A DNA stretch of 63,835 bases from an uncultured Candidatus Saccharibacteria bacterium (lineage in GTDB: Bacteria > Patescibacteriota > Minisyncoccia > Phycocordibacterales > UBA2100): assembly GCA_964434285.1 (NCBI GenBank), contig CAYSUJ010000005.1, positions 1 through 63,835 on the forward strand, given 5' to 3'. The translations under genes were made by a program, and so were the position numbers. Positions 47,181-55,582 of the stretch are shown one piece after another (the stretch's first letter is position 1; every line of letters begins with the position of its first letter). The notes below the pieces were generated by a model that worked only from the letters and a program-made list of their open reading frames with translations, had not been told where the DNA came from and did not search any database.

Positions 47181-47939
47181 TCACTCTTCTTCAATGATGG
47201 TCCACCCGTCGAGCTCATCGCGTCTGCGACCGAGAACGACACCTGTGATACTGACACCCGCAATCGTACCGACACCAAGGAGCCAGAGACCAAGGCGAGG
47301 CGTTTCGCTCTCAAGCTCGAAGGGTTCAAATGATTCGCGCTCCGTCTGCGCACCAAGGACTTGTAGCGCAGACACTGAGGCTGTTGATGTTTGCGATGAC
47401 GTTGTTTTTGCTTTTTTGGCGGGCTGGGCGATGCGTACGAGACCACCCGCAGGAACGCTCGCGCCCGGCGTCGGAGCGCCGGGCGCGAATGCAGCACCCG
47501 ACTCAAGCATGGTTCTCTGAAGCGATTCTCCTGAACCATTGCCGCCAAGGGACTTCGTGTAGGTGGCAATATCGAGCACAGAATCACCTTTGCGTATTTC
47601 GAGCGATTCACCGTCGTTGTTTAAGCTGAACGCACTATCGAACAAAAGTCCAACATACGCGGGATAATCAGCACGGAACTTTTCAGGCTTGTCCGCGATG
47701 ACGGCGAATGCTCCGGACGGCAATGTGTTCTGTTCGCCCGTGATGCCGTGTTTTCTATTACTTTCAAAAAGTGTGAGTTCAGTGAGGACGATGGAAGTTC
47801 CACCTGTGTTATACACCTCAATCCATTCGCGCCCTGAATCCGACCCCTCGGCAAGGTCATACATAATTTCGGAAATAAGCACCTGCCCAGAGGTGAGCGC
47901 CGGAAACAACAAAGCGACTGCGAAGATACTACGAACCAT
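47181..47939 (-). CDS. Lamin tail domain (LTD) protein with a C-terminal TM anchor
   Basis: 252-aa ORF with a signal peptide, the LTD signature LISEIMYDLAEGSDSGREWIEVYNTG and a C-terminal hydrophobic helix. Confidence 0.65.
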   Translation of the reverse strand: MVRSIFAVALLFPALTSGQVLISEIMYDLAEGSDSGREWIEVYNTGGTSIVLTELTLFESNRKHGITGEQNTLPSGAFAVIADKPEKFRADYPAYVGLLFDSAFSLNNDGESLEIRKGDSVLDIATYTKSLGGNGSGESLQRTMLESGAAFAPGAPTPGASVPAGGLVRIAQPAKKAKTTSSQTSTASVSALQVLGAQTERESFEPFELESETPRLGLWLLGVGTIAGVSITGVVLGRRRDELDGWTIIEEE

Positions 47940-49734
47940 GCAGGACTTTGCGGAGATCTTCGGGTGAAATGGGGTCAGCAGCTGGAGTCAACATCGTTGG
48001 CCGTTGAGCTTGGGTGCGAGGTTTCTCCTCTTGAATTCGAGACTGTTCGCTTGATGCATCATTGCGGCGCGCTTCCCGGGCTTCTTTTCGCGCACGCATT
48101 ATGTCTGCAGGAGAGCGCGCACCCTTCTCTTGCGTGACATGACGAGCAGATGCAATAGCACTCTTGAGTGCATCACGATCATTTTTCTCTACGGGAGGTG
48201 ATGTAATCGAACGCGGTGGCATTGGCACCAGCGCTGGCTCTCGTGGTTGAACCGGTTGCGGACGCGGTTCGCGAGGCGGCATAGACGGTCGCGCTTCGTG
48301 CGGCCGCTCGTCCCGACGCGACTCTCTCCGCGGGCCAGCGTTCCCAAAATCACGTGACGCACTACCGGCGCGCGGCGGTCCGCTCGATCTGTCGGATTTT
48401 GGCTTCGGTGGTGGTGCCGCAAAGGCGCTCTGCCACTCACCTATCTGTTTCTCAACTTCTTCGCGCGTACGCGCATATTCCGCACGAGAGTGATGGATAA
48501 CATCTTCGCGATACGAAATCGTTGGCGCTTCTATCGGCGGAATGGTTTCCGCAGAAAATGGTGCCGAGCCAACGCCGTCAATCATGAGTGTGAGATAGAT
48601 CTGTCCTAGCCCAAGTTGCACGAGATCTTCAGCTTCGAACGTCGGCTCAAAGACCGTCTTCAAGACCTCTGCGTCAAAGGGTCCCACGCGGAAGGTGATG
48701 AGTGTGCCCACGTTGCCAAACACCGCATTGCGCACATTCTCTTCCATCTGCTCGATGTATTGGTTTGCAAGTGTAAGCGCGAGCTTGTATTTGCGTGATT
48801 CGGAGAGAATATCGGCAAATGCCTCGTTCATCATCGACTGGAACTCGTCCACGTAGAAGTAGCAACGTGGGAGCGCGTTCATGCGCGCCGGCGGCTCGTC
48901 TGCGCGCGACATCGCGGCGAGATAAATCTTCACCGTGAGCATAGAGCCGAGAAGCGCGGCGTTACTCTCGCCCATTCTTCCCTTTGAGAGGTTCACGATG
49001 AAAATCTTTTTCTCGTCCATTATCTTCCGCAGATCGAAGGTAGACTTCGATTGCCCAACAATATTGCGTACCAAAGGATTCGACACGAACTGACCAACCT
49101 TGTTCTGAATCGCTGGCGTTGCTTCCTGTGTATAGCGATCGGTGTAGGACGCGAATTCAACCGTCCAGAAATCACGGACAATAGGATCGGTAATCTTTTC
49201 TATGACTGCAGCACGGAAAGGTTTATTGGTGAGCATGCGGTTTACGTCGATGAGTGTCGAGCCCGGATATTCAAGAAGCGCCAAAAGCACGTTCTGCAGG
49301 ATGTATTCCATACGCGCGCTCCAAGCATCCACCCAGATACGCTTGAAAGCCCCCATGAGCCCTGAGACCACAAGGTGTCGGCGCTCGTACCCCACATCTT
49401 CCATTACGTTAAAGCCGACAGGATAATCAACGTCGAAGGGGGCAAAATAAATCACATCCTTGATGCGCTCATGCGGGACGAAGTCGAGAAGCTTCTCCGC
49501 GGTTGAACCGTGCGGGTCAATATACGCGATGCCTTCGCCATTCTGAATGTCTTGAATGGCCATGTTCTCGAGCATGGTCGATTTACCCATACCCGTCTTC
49601 CCGATCACATACATATGTTTCCCGCGATCAATTGCGCGAATGCCAAACATTTCGCGTTTGCCGCGTGTGTGCGTCGTCGCAAAGTACGTGATGCGGCGCT
49701 CATCGTTCTGGCTCCCGTTTCCCTTGGGGGTCAT
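47929..49734 (-). CDS. P-loop ATPase of the VirD4/TraD/TraG coupling-protein (HerA-FtsK-like) type with a disordered basic C-terminal tail
   Basis: It has a Walker A motif (VIGKTGMGKST) and a Walker B-like motif (CYFYVDEFQS). The C-terminal 170 aa are Pro/Arg/Glu-rich. The start was set at ATG 49734; the ORF-track start at 49749 is a TTG. Confidence 0.55.
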   Translation of the reverse strand: MTPKGNGSQNDERRITYFATTHTRGKREMFGIRAIDRGKHMYVIGKTGMGKSTMLENMAIQDIQNGEGIAYIDPHGSTAEKLLDFVPHERIKDVIYFAPFDVDYPVGFNVMEDVGYERRHLVVSGLMGAFKRIWVDAWSARMEYILQNVLLALLEYPGSTLIDVNRMLTNKPFRAAVIEKITDPIVRDFWTVEFASYTDRYTQEATPAIQNKVGQFVSNPLVRNIVGQSKSTFDLRKIMDEKKIFIVNLSKGRMGESNAALLGSMLTVKIYLAAMSRADEPPARMNALPRCYFYVDEFQSMMNEAFADILSESRKYKLALTLANQYIEQMEENVRNAVFGNVGTLITFRVGPFDAEVLKTVFEPTFEAEDLVQLGLGQIYLTLMIDGVGSAPFSAETIPPIEAPTISYREDVIHHSRAEYARTREEVEKQIGEWQSAFAAPPPKPKSDRSSGPPRAGSASRDFGNAGPRRESRRDERPHEARPSMPPREPRPQPVQPREPALVPMPPRSITSPPVEKNDRDALKSAIASARHVTQEKGARSPADIMRARKEAREARRNDASSEQSRIQEEKPRTQAQRPTMLTPAADPISPEDLRKVLHGS

Positions 49735-49747
49735 TGCACTAGTATAC

Positions 49748-49776
49748 AAAAGAAACGCTCGACCGTTAGGTCGAGC
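49748..49776 (-). terminator. Terminator-like hairpin GCTCGACC-TAAC-GGTCGAGC followed by GTTTCTTTT
   Basis: An 8-bp GC-rich stem spans 49757-49776 and a T-rich tract follows on the minus strand. It lies immediately upstream of the ATPase start. Confidence 0.5.
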
Positions 49777-49802
49777 GAAAGAATGGAGATGGGTTGGGCG
49801 CC

Positions 49803-49842
49803 GCGATAAATCTTTCCCCTTGCGGGCGTATGCGGTATTAGT
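49803..49842 (-). other. Orphan fragment resembling the 16S rRNA V2 / helix 9 region
   Basis: The minus strand reads ACTAATACCGCATACGCCCGCAAGGGGAAAGATTTATCGC. This matches the conserved bacterial 16S block around E. coli positions ~165-200, but flanking 16S sequence is absent. Confidence 0.45.
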
Positions 49843-49964
49843 TTTACGGTCGTGCTAGCAGAGGACCTCCCGTATGCAAGTATACGGACGCTATTCCCCA
49901 CGGCACACCTGAAACCAGCCGAGACCGATTCTCATCCTCGAAAGGACAACCCACAAAAATACTA

Positions 49965-51242
49965 TTACTGCTCAGAAATTTTGTCAACAATTTTTCTTAA
50001 ACTCGAATACTTGTTCCCCGGATCCCACACCATGTAGGAATCAAGGCCAAGCTCTCTGTTGGCACGAATTTGAGCCTCAACCATCGCGGGCGTATATTCG
50101 ACTGGATAGTCAAAGTCTTGGATCCATGCGCGCATCTTCTTTTTGTCGTAGGAAGGTTTTGAGTAGAGGGCGGGGGTGGATGTGCCGATGCGCGTGTATG
50201 CAAGCGAGGCAATTTGCGTCGTTGTGGCCATTGTTCTCTCGACTGCGCTTTTCATGACGAATTTCATCAGCTCATACGGGACCGCATTCACGTTGTTCCA
50301 ACCGTTGAATCCTTTCGGATAGTGCGAGGGATACACCATGGGGCCGATGTAATCAAAATAAGGGAGCGCGCGCTCCAAGACTTGCCCGATGTTGAGATCG
50401 TCGTAATTTGTTGTCACCATGCCAAAGAGATCGGCGGACATGACGATTTCTTGGGGGATCGAGTCGTCGAGATACTTATAGAAATCTTCAAGCATTTCCT
50501 GTTTCGTTTTCCCATCACGCTTGATGTAGTTTGCATCTGCCATGTTGCCATCGGATGGATAGCGGATGTAGTCGAAGTTGATTTCATCAAAGCCGATCTC
50601 ATACGACTCTTTCGCTAGCACTACTACACTCTCCCAGTAGGCCGTTGCCCCGACATCCACGAACGCGAGGCCTTTGTGATCCTTCCAGACACCACCCTTT
50701 ATGCTCTGCACCGCCTGCTCGGGGTGCATTTTCGTATAGAGCGGGTTCTGGAAGGTGGTAATGCGGCCAATGACGTAGATCCCCTTCTCATGCAAACGTT
50801 CTATGAACGCCTTCATATCGCGTGCGCCACATTGATCAGACATCATGTCTTTTAGAAGCGGGTGCTCTGTGGGAAACGCGATGCCGCCGGTGTAGTCGCG
50901 AATATCTATCACCACAGAGTTTAGTTCGGTGGTTTCGATAAGCTTTACAAGTTCGTCGCGAAACGAAGGAGTCCCGACGACGCATTGTGACATATATATT
51001 GCTTTGACAGTATCGGGTGTTCCGACATGAGCGACTTTCGGTTTCTCGGGCGGGGGCGGTTCACTTCCCACCATATCGCTGGAGGTCGCTGAGCGCGAGA
51101 AGGAGACACTACTCGGAAGAGTGGCATTCGCAACACGGTCTAAGAGTGCCCCCGCGGAACCCGAGGCGACGCCAGCGGAGAGTATCAATCCGCCGCCGAG
51201 CATGAACGCAAGTGGAATCTTGCTACGCTTGGGGCGCATCAT
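49965..51242 (-). CDS. Putative TIM-barrel glycoside hydrolase-like protein (COG1306/DUF4015-like), membrane anchored
   Basis: About 425 aa from MMRPKRSK, with an N-terminal TM helix. It contains the segments VVIDIRDYTGGIAF, GIYVIGRITTFQNPLY and EINFDYIRYPSDG. Confidence 0.5.
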   Translation of the reverse strand: MMRPKRSKIPLAFMLGGGLILSAGVASGSAGALLDRVANATLPSSVSFSRSATSSDMVGSEPPPPEKPKVAHVGTPDTVKAIYMSQCVVGTPSFRDELVKLIETTELNSVVIDIRDYTGGIAFPTEHPLLKDMMSDQCGARDMKAFIERLHEKGIYVIGRITTFQNPLYTKMHPEQAVQSIKGGVWKDHKGLAFVDVGATAYWESVVVLAKESYEIGFDEINFDYIRYPSDGNMADANYIKRDGKTKQEMLEDFYKYLDDSIPQEIVMSADLFGMVTTNYDDLNIGQVLERALPYFDYIGPMVYPSHYPKGFNGWNNVNAVPYELMKFVMKSAVERTMATTTQIASLAYTRIGTSTPALYSKPSYDKKKMRAWIQDFDYPVEYTPAMVEAQIRANRELGLDSYMVWDPGNKYSSLRKIVDKISEQ

Positions 51243-51438
51243 GCGGCGTACTCTCGACAAACGTGGTTGGCCTGCGGGTGCGCAGCCCCAAACCGCGACG
51301 GCGTACGACGATGCCGAGAACAATGGTGATGAGGCCGAGAGCGATGAGGATTACGTTGTCCCACGCAATAGGAAAACCAAGAAACGGAAGGAGTGCGACG
51401 AGCGCACCGACGAACATGATGAGAATATCGAGGGTCAT
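51223..51438 (-). CDS. Small two-TM membrane protein
   Basis: 71-aa ORF with two clear hydrophobic helices and a basic C-terminus. It sits between rsmI and the hydrolase-like gene. Confidence 0.4.
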   Translation of the reverse strand: MTLDILIMFVGALVALLPFLGFPIAWDNVILIALGLITIVLGIVVRRRGLGLRTRRPTTFVESTPHDAPQA

Positions 51439-51455
51439 CGGGCAATTATACTCAG

Positions 51456-52127
51456 CTACTGCGCGTGGACAATGACCACAAATTCGCCGCGGGCGGTGCC
51501 GGCGGTATCAAGGCGCATGCGGAGCTCGTAGGCGGTGCCCGAGAGGAATTCTTCATGCATCTTGGTGAGTTCGCGGCCTATTGAGATCGGGCGCTCACCC
51601 AAGGACTCAAGTTCTTCGAGGAGTTTCAGGATGCGATGTGGAGACTCATAGAGGATGACGGTTCGTTGTTCCGCGGCGATTTCTTTGAGCGCGGTCTGGC
51701 GTCCTTTTTTGTGGGGCAAGAATCCCAAAAATATAAAGGACGGTCCTTTATAATTGCCTGCGATGGAGAGCGCGGCGGTAAGTGCGGAGGGGCCAGGGAT
51801 GGCAACGACCTGCGCGCCCGCTTCGCGGGCGCGCGCCACAAGCCTTGAACCCGGATCCGAAATCCCCGGAGTTCCCGCATCAGACACATAGGCAATGTTC
51901 TTCCCTTCCTCAAGCATTTCGATTGCCCTCTGCGCAGCCTTCTCTTCACTCGCCTCATCTGCGCGTACCAAGGTCTTCCCCGTTATTTCATAACGTGCGA
52001 GAAGTTTACTCGTCACCCTCGTATCCTCACAAAAAATCGCATCCACTTCTTTGAGCACTCGTAACGCGCGCAGCGTAATGTCTTCCAAATTACCGATTGG
52101 CGATGCAACGATTGAGATGGTTCCCAT
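51456..52127 (-). CDS. rsmI: 16S rRNA (cytidine1402-2'-O)-methyltransferase RsmI
   Basis: It has SIVASPIGNLEDITLRALRVLKEVDAIFCEDTR, DAGTPGISDPG, GFLPHKKG and YESPHR motifs. The start was set at MGTISIV (52127). Confidence 0.85.
   Translation of the reverse strand: MGTISIVASPIGNLEDITLRALRVLKEVDAIFCEDTRVTSKLLARYEITGKTLVRADEASEEKAAQRAIEMLEEGKNIAYVSDAGTPGISDPGSRLVARAREAGAQVVAIPGPSALTAALSIAGNYKGPSFIFLGFLPHKKGRQTALKEIAAEQRTVILYESPHRILKLLEELESLGERPISIGRELTKMHEEFLSGTAYELRMRLDTAGTARGEFVVIVHAQ
51732..51752. repeat. Palindromic element copy 4 (TATAAAGGAC-G-GTCCTTTATA), in-frame inside rsmI
   Basis: Identical 21-mer. On the coding strand it encodes YKGPSFI within ...IAGNYKGPSFIFLGFLP... Confidence 0.9.
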
Positions 52128-52137
52128 ACAATCTATC

Positions 52138-52980
52138 TTACGACCTGCGCGCCAGCACCGTGTCACAGGCAGCAAAAAGCTTGTCAAGGTGCTCTTTCCG
52201 GGCATCCTCATGCACGAATCGTTTGATAAATTGCATACAACTAGAGCCAAGCGCCTTCACGTTGTGTTCCAAGAGCTGCCGGCGCGGAAGTTTCGAGGGA
52301 TGCAGAATGAGGTCGAAATCTCCCGCCACTGCTTCAATCGACGGGTTCGCCGCAATAGGCGTGATAAAAAAATAGACATCGTGTTGCAACTCTATCTCAT
52401 GGACCGTCGCTCGCAAAACATCGCTGCCCGCAATCATGTTCTTTCTCTCATCTACAACTGCGGGCTCGGTAAATAATTGCTGCATTAATGCATCCCAGTT
52501 TTCAATACGACCCAGCTTATTTTTTTCAAGAACCTCGGCACCGACACTCCAGTTGTTCCCCGAGACTGCGTAGCTATCGCCTCCACCAAACTCAGTCATG
52601 ATGATGGTTTTCTGTTTGGCATCAAGGCGATACGTTGTCGCTACATGCAACCCAGCATCTTTACATACGTCATACAACGAGAAGGCTGACTGTGCCTGTA
52701 TTTCTTCATAAAACACCTTGATGACCGCGCGAGATTCGTGACCACGGCGAATGCTGTCAAAAGGCGCATCGTGTCCTGCTCGCGGGAGCATGCCAATAGT
52801 GCGAGCGGTCACGGCATACACAACACCAAAGTGGCCTTGACCGATGAGTTGCGGAGAATTAAGAAACACTTGAGTACTGCGACCACGTGCGTGTTCGGCG
52901 ATCAACTCGCGAGGCGCAGGCAAGACATCCTTCCTACGCTCCGGAGATTTGGGACCTTTGAAGCCCATAAAATCAATCAT
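52138..52980 (-). CDS. Hypothetical protein with protein-kinase-like N-terminal motifs
   Basis: 280-aa ORF with a Gly-rich loop (IGQGHFGVVYAV) followed by AVIKVF (a candidate VAIK Lys), and a possible DFD in AGDFDLI. No clear HRD motif was found. Confidence 0.4.
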   Translation of the reverse strand: MIDFMGFKGPKSPERRKDVLPAPRELIAEHARGRSTQVFLNSPQLIGQGHFGVVYAVTARTIGMLPRAGHDAPFDSIRRGHESRAVIKVFYEEIQAQSAFSLYDVCKDAGLHVATTYRLDAKQKTIIMTEFGGGDSYAVSGNNWSVGAEVLEKNKLGRIENWDALMQQLFTEPAVVDERKNMIAGSDVLRATVHEIELQHDVYFFITPIAANPSIEAVAGDFDLILHPSKLPRRQLLEHNVKALGSSCMQFIKRFVHEDARKEHLDKLFAACDTVLARRS

Positions 52981-54245
52981 ATAACTATCTGCTCTGCCAC
53001 TTTATAAATATCCCCCGCGCCCATGGTGATGATGAGGGTGCCTGCTGGTTCCTGCAAAAGCGCCTCGCGAATAGCATCGAAGGAGTCGAGAGCTTCAATA
53101 CGGCTCCCCGCTTCCGCGAGGGAGTGGTTTGAGACAGTGTGCGACGCTTCAGTGCGCGCTTCGTAGATGGGAGCGACGATTGCGCGGTCGGCGGTATCCA
53201 GCGCGTTGGCGAATTCTTGCAAAAAGCTTTCGGTGCGGCTGTGGAGGTGCGGGTGGAACGCGACGACAATTTTCTTCCCCGGAAACTTCTCGCGCGCGGC
53301 AGCGATGGTTTTTGCGACGGCTGTCGGATGGTGTGCGTAGTCATCATATACCAGAGCACCGTTCGGCGTCTCGCCTTTTAATTCAAACCGACGCCACGAA
53401 CCTTTAAATTCTGAAAGTGATTTTACTGCCGCTTCGAGCTCGATGTGTGGAGCTGCAGCGCGGGCGGCGGCAAGCGCCGCCCGCGCATTCTCGCGATTAA
53501 ACTCGCCGAGCAGCTGTAATTCCCCCACCGCCATCTGGGTGTAATCGATGACGCGCGCGGAAACGTCTTGTAACACTGGAATAACGTTGTGGTCGCTCGG
53601 ATTCGCGACAATCACGCCGTCCGCAGGGACGCGCTCCGCCGCCTGATGAAACGTGCTTTGTAGCGCGTGGAGCGATGGAAAGAAATCAGTGTGATCGAGC
53701 TCAATATTGGTGACGACCAGAACCTCTGGCGAGAGTTCGAGTACATGGTCCCGGTACTCACACGCCTCAACAATGAAAAGGTCGTCGCGCCCGGGAAGAA
53801 AATTGGAATGAAAATCTCTCACAATGGATCCCACGATTGCAGTCGGCTTCTCACCCGCATCCGCAAGAATCTTCGCGACCATGCCAGTCACCGTCGTCTT
53901 ACCATGCGTCCCCGTGACTGCAATCGTTTTCACGCTCCGTGATACCTCACCCAGCACTTCAAAGTAGGACTTTTGCGGTATGTGCATATCGTGCGCTCTC
54001 AACCGCTCTGCATTCTCTGCGCGCACGGCGTCACTATAGACGAGGAGACCTGTATCCGAAGATACATTTTCAGCGCTGTGTCCAATGAAGACGTGTACGC
54101 CTTTCTCCCTCAGAAGCGCGGTCGTCGGCGACTCTTCCCTGTCGGAGCCCAAAACAACATGACCTCGCGAAGCAAGTAGTTGCGCGAGCGCAGACATCCC
54201 AATCCCGCCAATACCGACCATGTAGATGTGTTTGGGGATATTCAT
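52977..54245 (-). CDS. murC: UDP-N-acetylmuramate--L-alanine ligase MurC
   Basis: 422-aa ORF with HIYMVGIGGIGMSALAQLL and VTGTHGKTT motifs and a Mur ligase C-terminal domain. Confidence 0.9.
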   Translation of the reverse strand: MNIPKHIYMVGIGGIGMSALAQLLASRGHVVLGSDREESPTTALLREKGVHVFIGHSAENVSSDTGLLVYSDAVRAENAERLRAHDMHIPQKSYFEVLGEVSRSVKTIAVTGTHGKTTVTGMVAKILADAGEKPTAIVGSIVRDFHSNFLPGRDDLFIVEACEYRDHVLELSPEVLVVTNIELDHTDFFPSLHALQSTFHQAAERVPADGVIVANPSDHNVIPVLQDVSARVIDYTQMAVGELQLLGEFNRENARAALAAARAAAPHIELEAAVKSLSEFKGSWRRFELKGETPNGALVYDDYAHHPTAVAKTIAAAREKFPGKKIVVAFHPHLHSRTESFLQEFANALDTADRAIVAPIYEARTEASHTVSNHSLAEAGSRIEALDSFDAIREALLQEPAGTLIITMGAGDIYKVAEQIVI

Positions 54246-55582
54246 AGAGAGCGCATGATCCTCAGAAACTGATCATTCCTATCATACTCGTTCTTGAACA
54301 TGCCGAATGAGGCGAAGGCAGGGCTGAAGAGAATGGTGTCGCCTGCTGCGGCAAGTTCGAGAGCTTTTTTGACTGCGACGTCTAGGCTGTCGAAGGGACC
54401 ACTAGTGTCAGTACGTAGTACGTAGTTCGTAGAACGTAGTAATGCATCGGTGCCCGAGCCAGTGAGGAAGACAACTGCCTTGCAGGTGCGATTGATTTCT
54501 TCCACCAAACCACCCATATCGAGTCCTTTGTCTGCGCCACCTATGATTAGTATGACGGACTTACGATGTCCGTCATTCGTAAGCGCCTGTAATGCGGCAA
54601 TTGTCGCCTCGGGAGTTGTGGCATTGTTGTCGTTGTAGATTTTCACGCCTTGAATTTCGCGCACGAATTGTAGGCGACCTTCGACACCACCGAACGATGC
54701 GAGGCCTTCGCGAACTTCGTCTCCGGTAAGACCATACGCCTCAAGAGCGGCGGCAGCAAGAGCGGCGTTGACGCGATTATGTTCCCCCGGCATTTTAATT
54801 CCCCATTCGTGCGGCACCGGCTTCTCGATGTGCTTCTGATACGCACTCGGCACGCCCAAGGATGCGATCCGTTCAGCAAGCTCAGGAGTTGCGATAAGGG
54901 TGTCGCCCTTCTTCTGGAAACGAAAGATGTTCGCTTTGTCGGCAAAATACACCTCCATATCCGAGTAGTAATTCTGATGATCCGGCATGAGATTGGTGAA
55001 AACAGCGATATCAGGACTTAATTTCAGATCACCGAAGCCCTGCAGCTGCCAGGAATCGAGCTCGAGGACGAGCACATCACCTTCGCAGAACTCGGGAACC
55101 ATTGCGAGTGTGGAGACTCCGCGGATATTGCCACCGAGATGCGCACGCTTCCCTGCCGCAACGAGTGCATGATGAATCATGTGCGCGACGGTGGATTTCC
55201 CTCTCGTGCCCGTGACACCAATAATCTTCACGCTCATATCGCGTGCAAATTGCGTGGCAAGAGCAGTCGACATGTAGACAGGCACTCCTGCATCGCGAGC
55301 GGCAGCTATTTCTTTTGAGTCGAGTCGCACACCCGCACTCTTTATGACAATGTCGGCGTCGACAAAGTCGCTCATCTGATGCCCCCCAAGATGAAAAGAA
55401 ATGGGAAGACCGCCCAACCTCGCGACTGATTCTGCCAAGTCCTCTTTCGTTTTGAGGTCGGTTACCGTCACGTGCCCGCCACACGCTGCGACGAACTTGG
55501 CATCACCTACCGAACGTCCGAGAAGTCCGAGCCCTAGGATTGTGACCCGTTTACCTTTAAAAAGTGCTTCATAAGGAGCCAT
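54242..55582 (-). CDS. murD: UDP-N-acetylmuramoylalanine--D-glutamate ligase MurD
   Basis: 446-aa ORF with VTILGLGLLGRS and GVTGTRGKSTV motifs. Its position between murC and murI supports the call. Confidence 0.85.
   Translation of the reverse strand: MAPYEALFKGKRVTILGLGLLGRSVGDAKFVAACGGHVTVTDLKTKEDLAESVARLGGLPISFHLGGHQMSDFVDADIVIKSAGVRLDSKEIAAARDAGVPVYMSTALATQFARDMSVKIIGVTGTRGKSTVAHMIHHALVAAGKRAHLGGNIRGVSTLAMVPEFCEGDVLVLELDSWQLQGFGDLKLSPDIAVFTNLMPDHQNYYSDMEVYFADKANIFRFQKKGDTLIATPELAERIASLGVPSAYQKHIEKPVPHEWGIKMPGEHNRVNAALAAAALEAYGLTGDEVREGLASFGGVEGRLQFVREIQGVKIYNDNNATTPEATIAALQALTNDGHRKSVILIIGGADKGLDMGGLVEEINRTCKAVVFLTGSGTDALLRSTNYVLRTDTSGPFDSLDVAVKKALELAAAGDTILFSPAFASFGMFKNEYDRNDQFLRIMRSL
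54434..54461 (+). repeat. Tandem heptanucleotide tract (CGTAGTA CGTAGTT CGTAGAA CGTAGTA) inside murD
   Basis: Read directly from the sequence. It encodes ...LLRSTNYVLRTD... Confidence 0.7.

Noticed and set aside
47033-47611. A 192-aa ORF overlapping the LTD gene in another frame
   Set aside because: The LTD frame carries the recognisable domain and a signal peptide. This ORF is Arg/Ser-rich shadow sequence.
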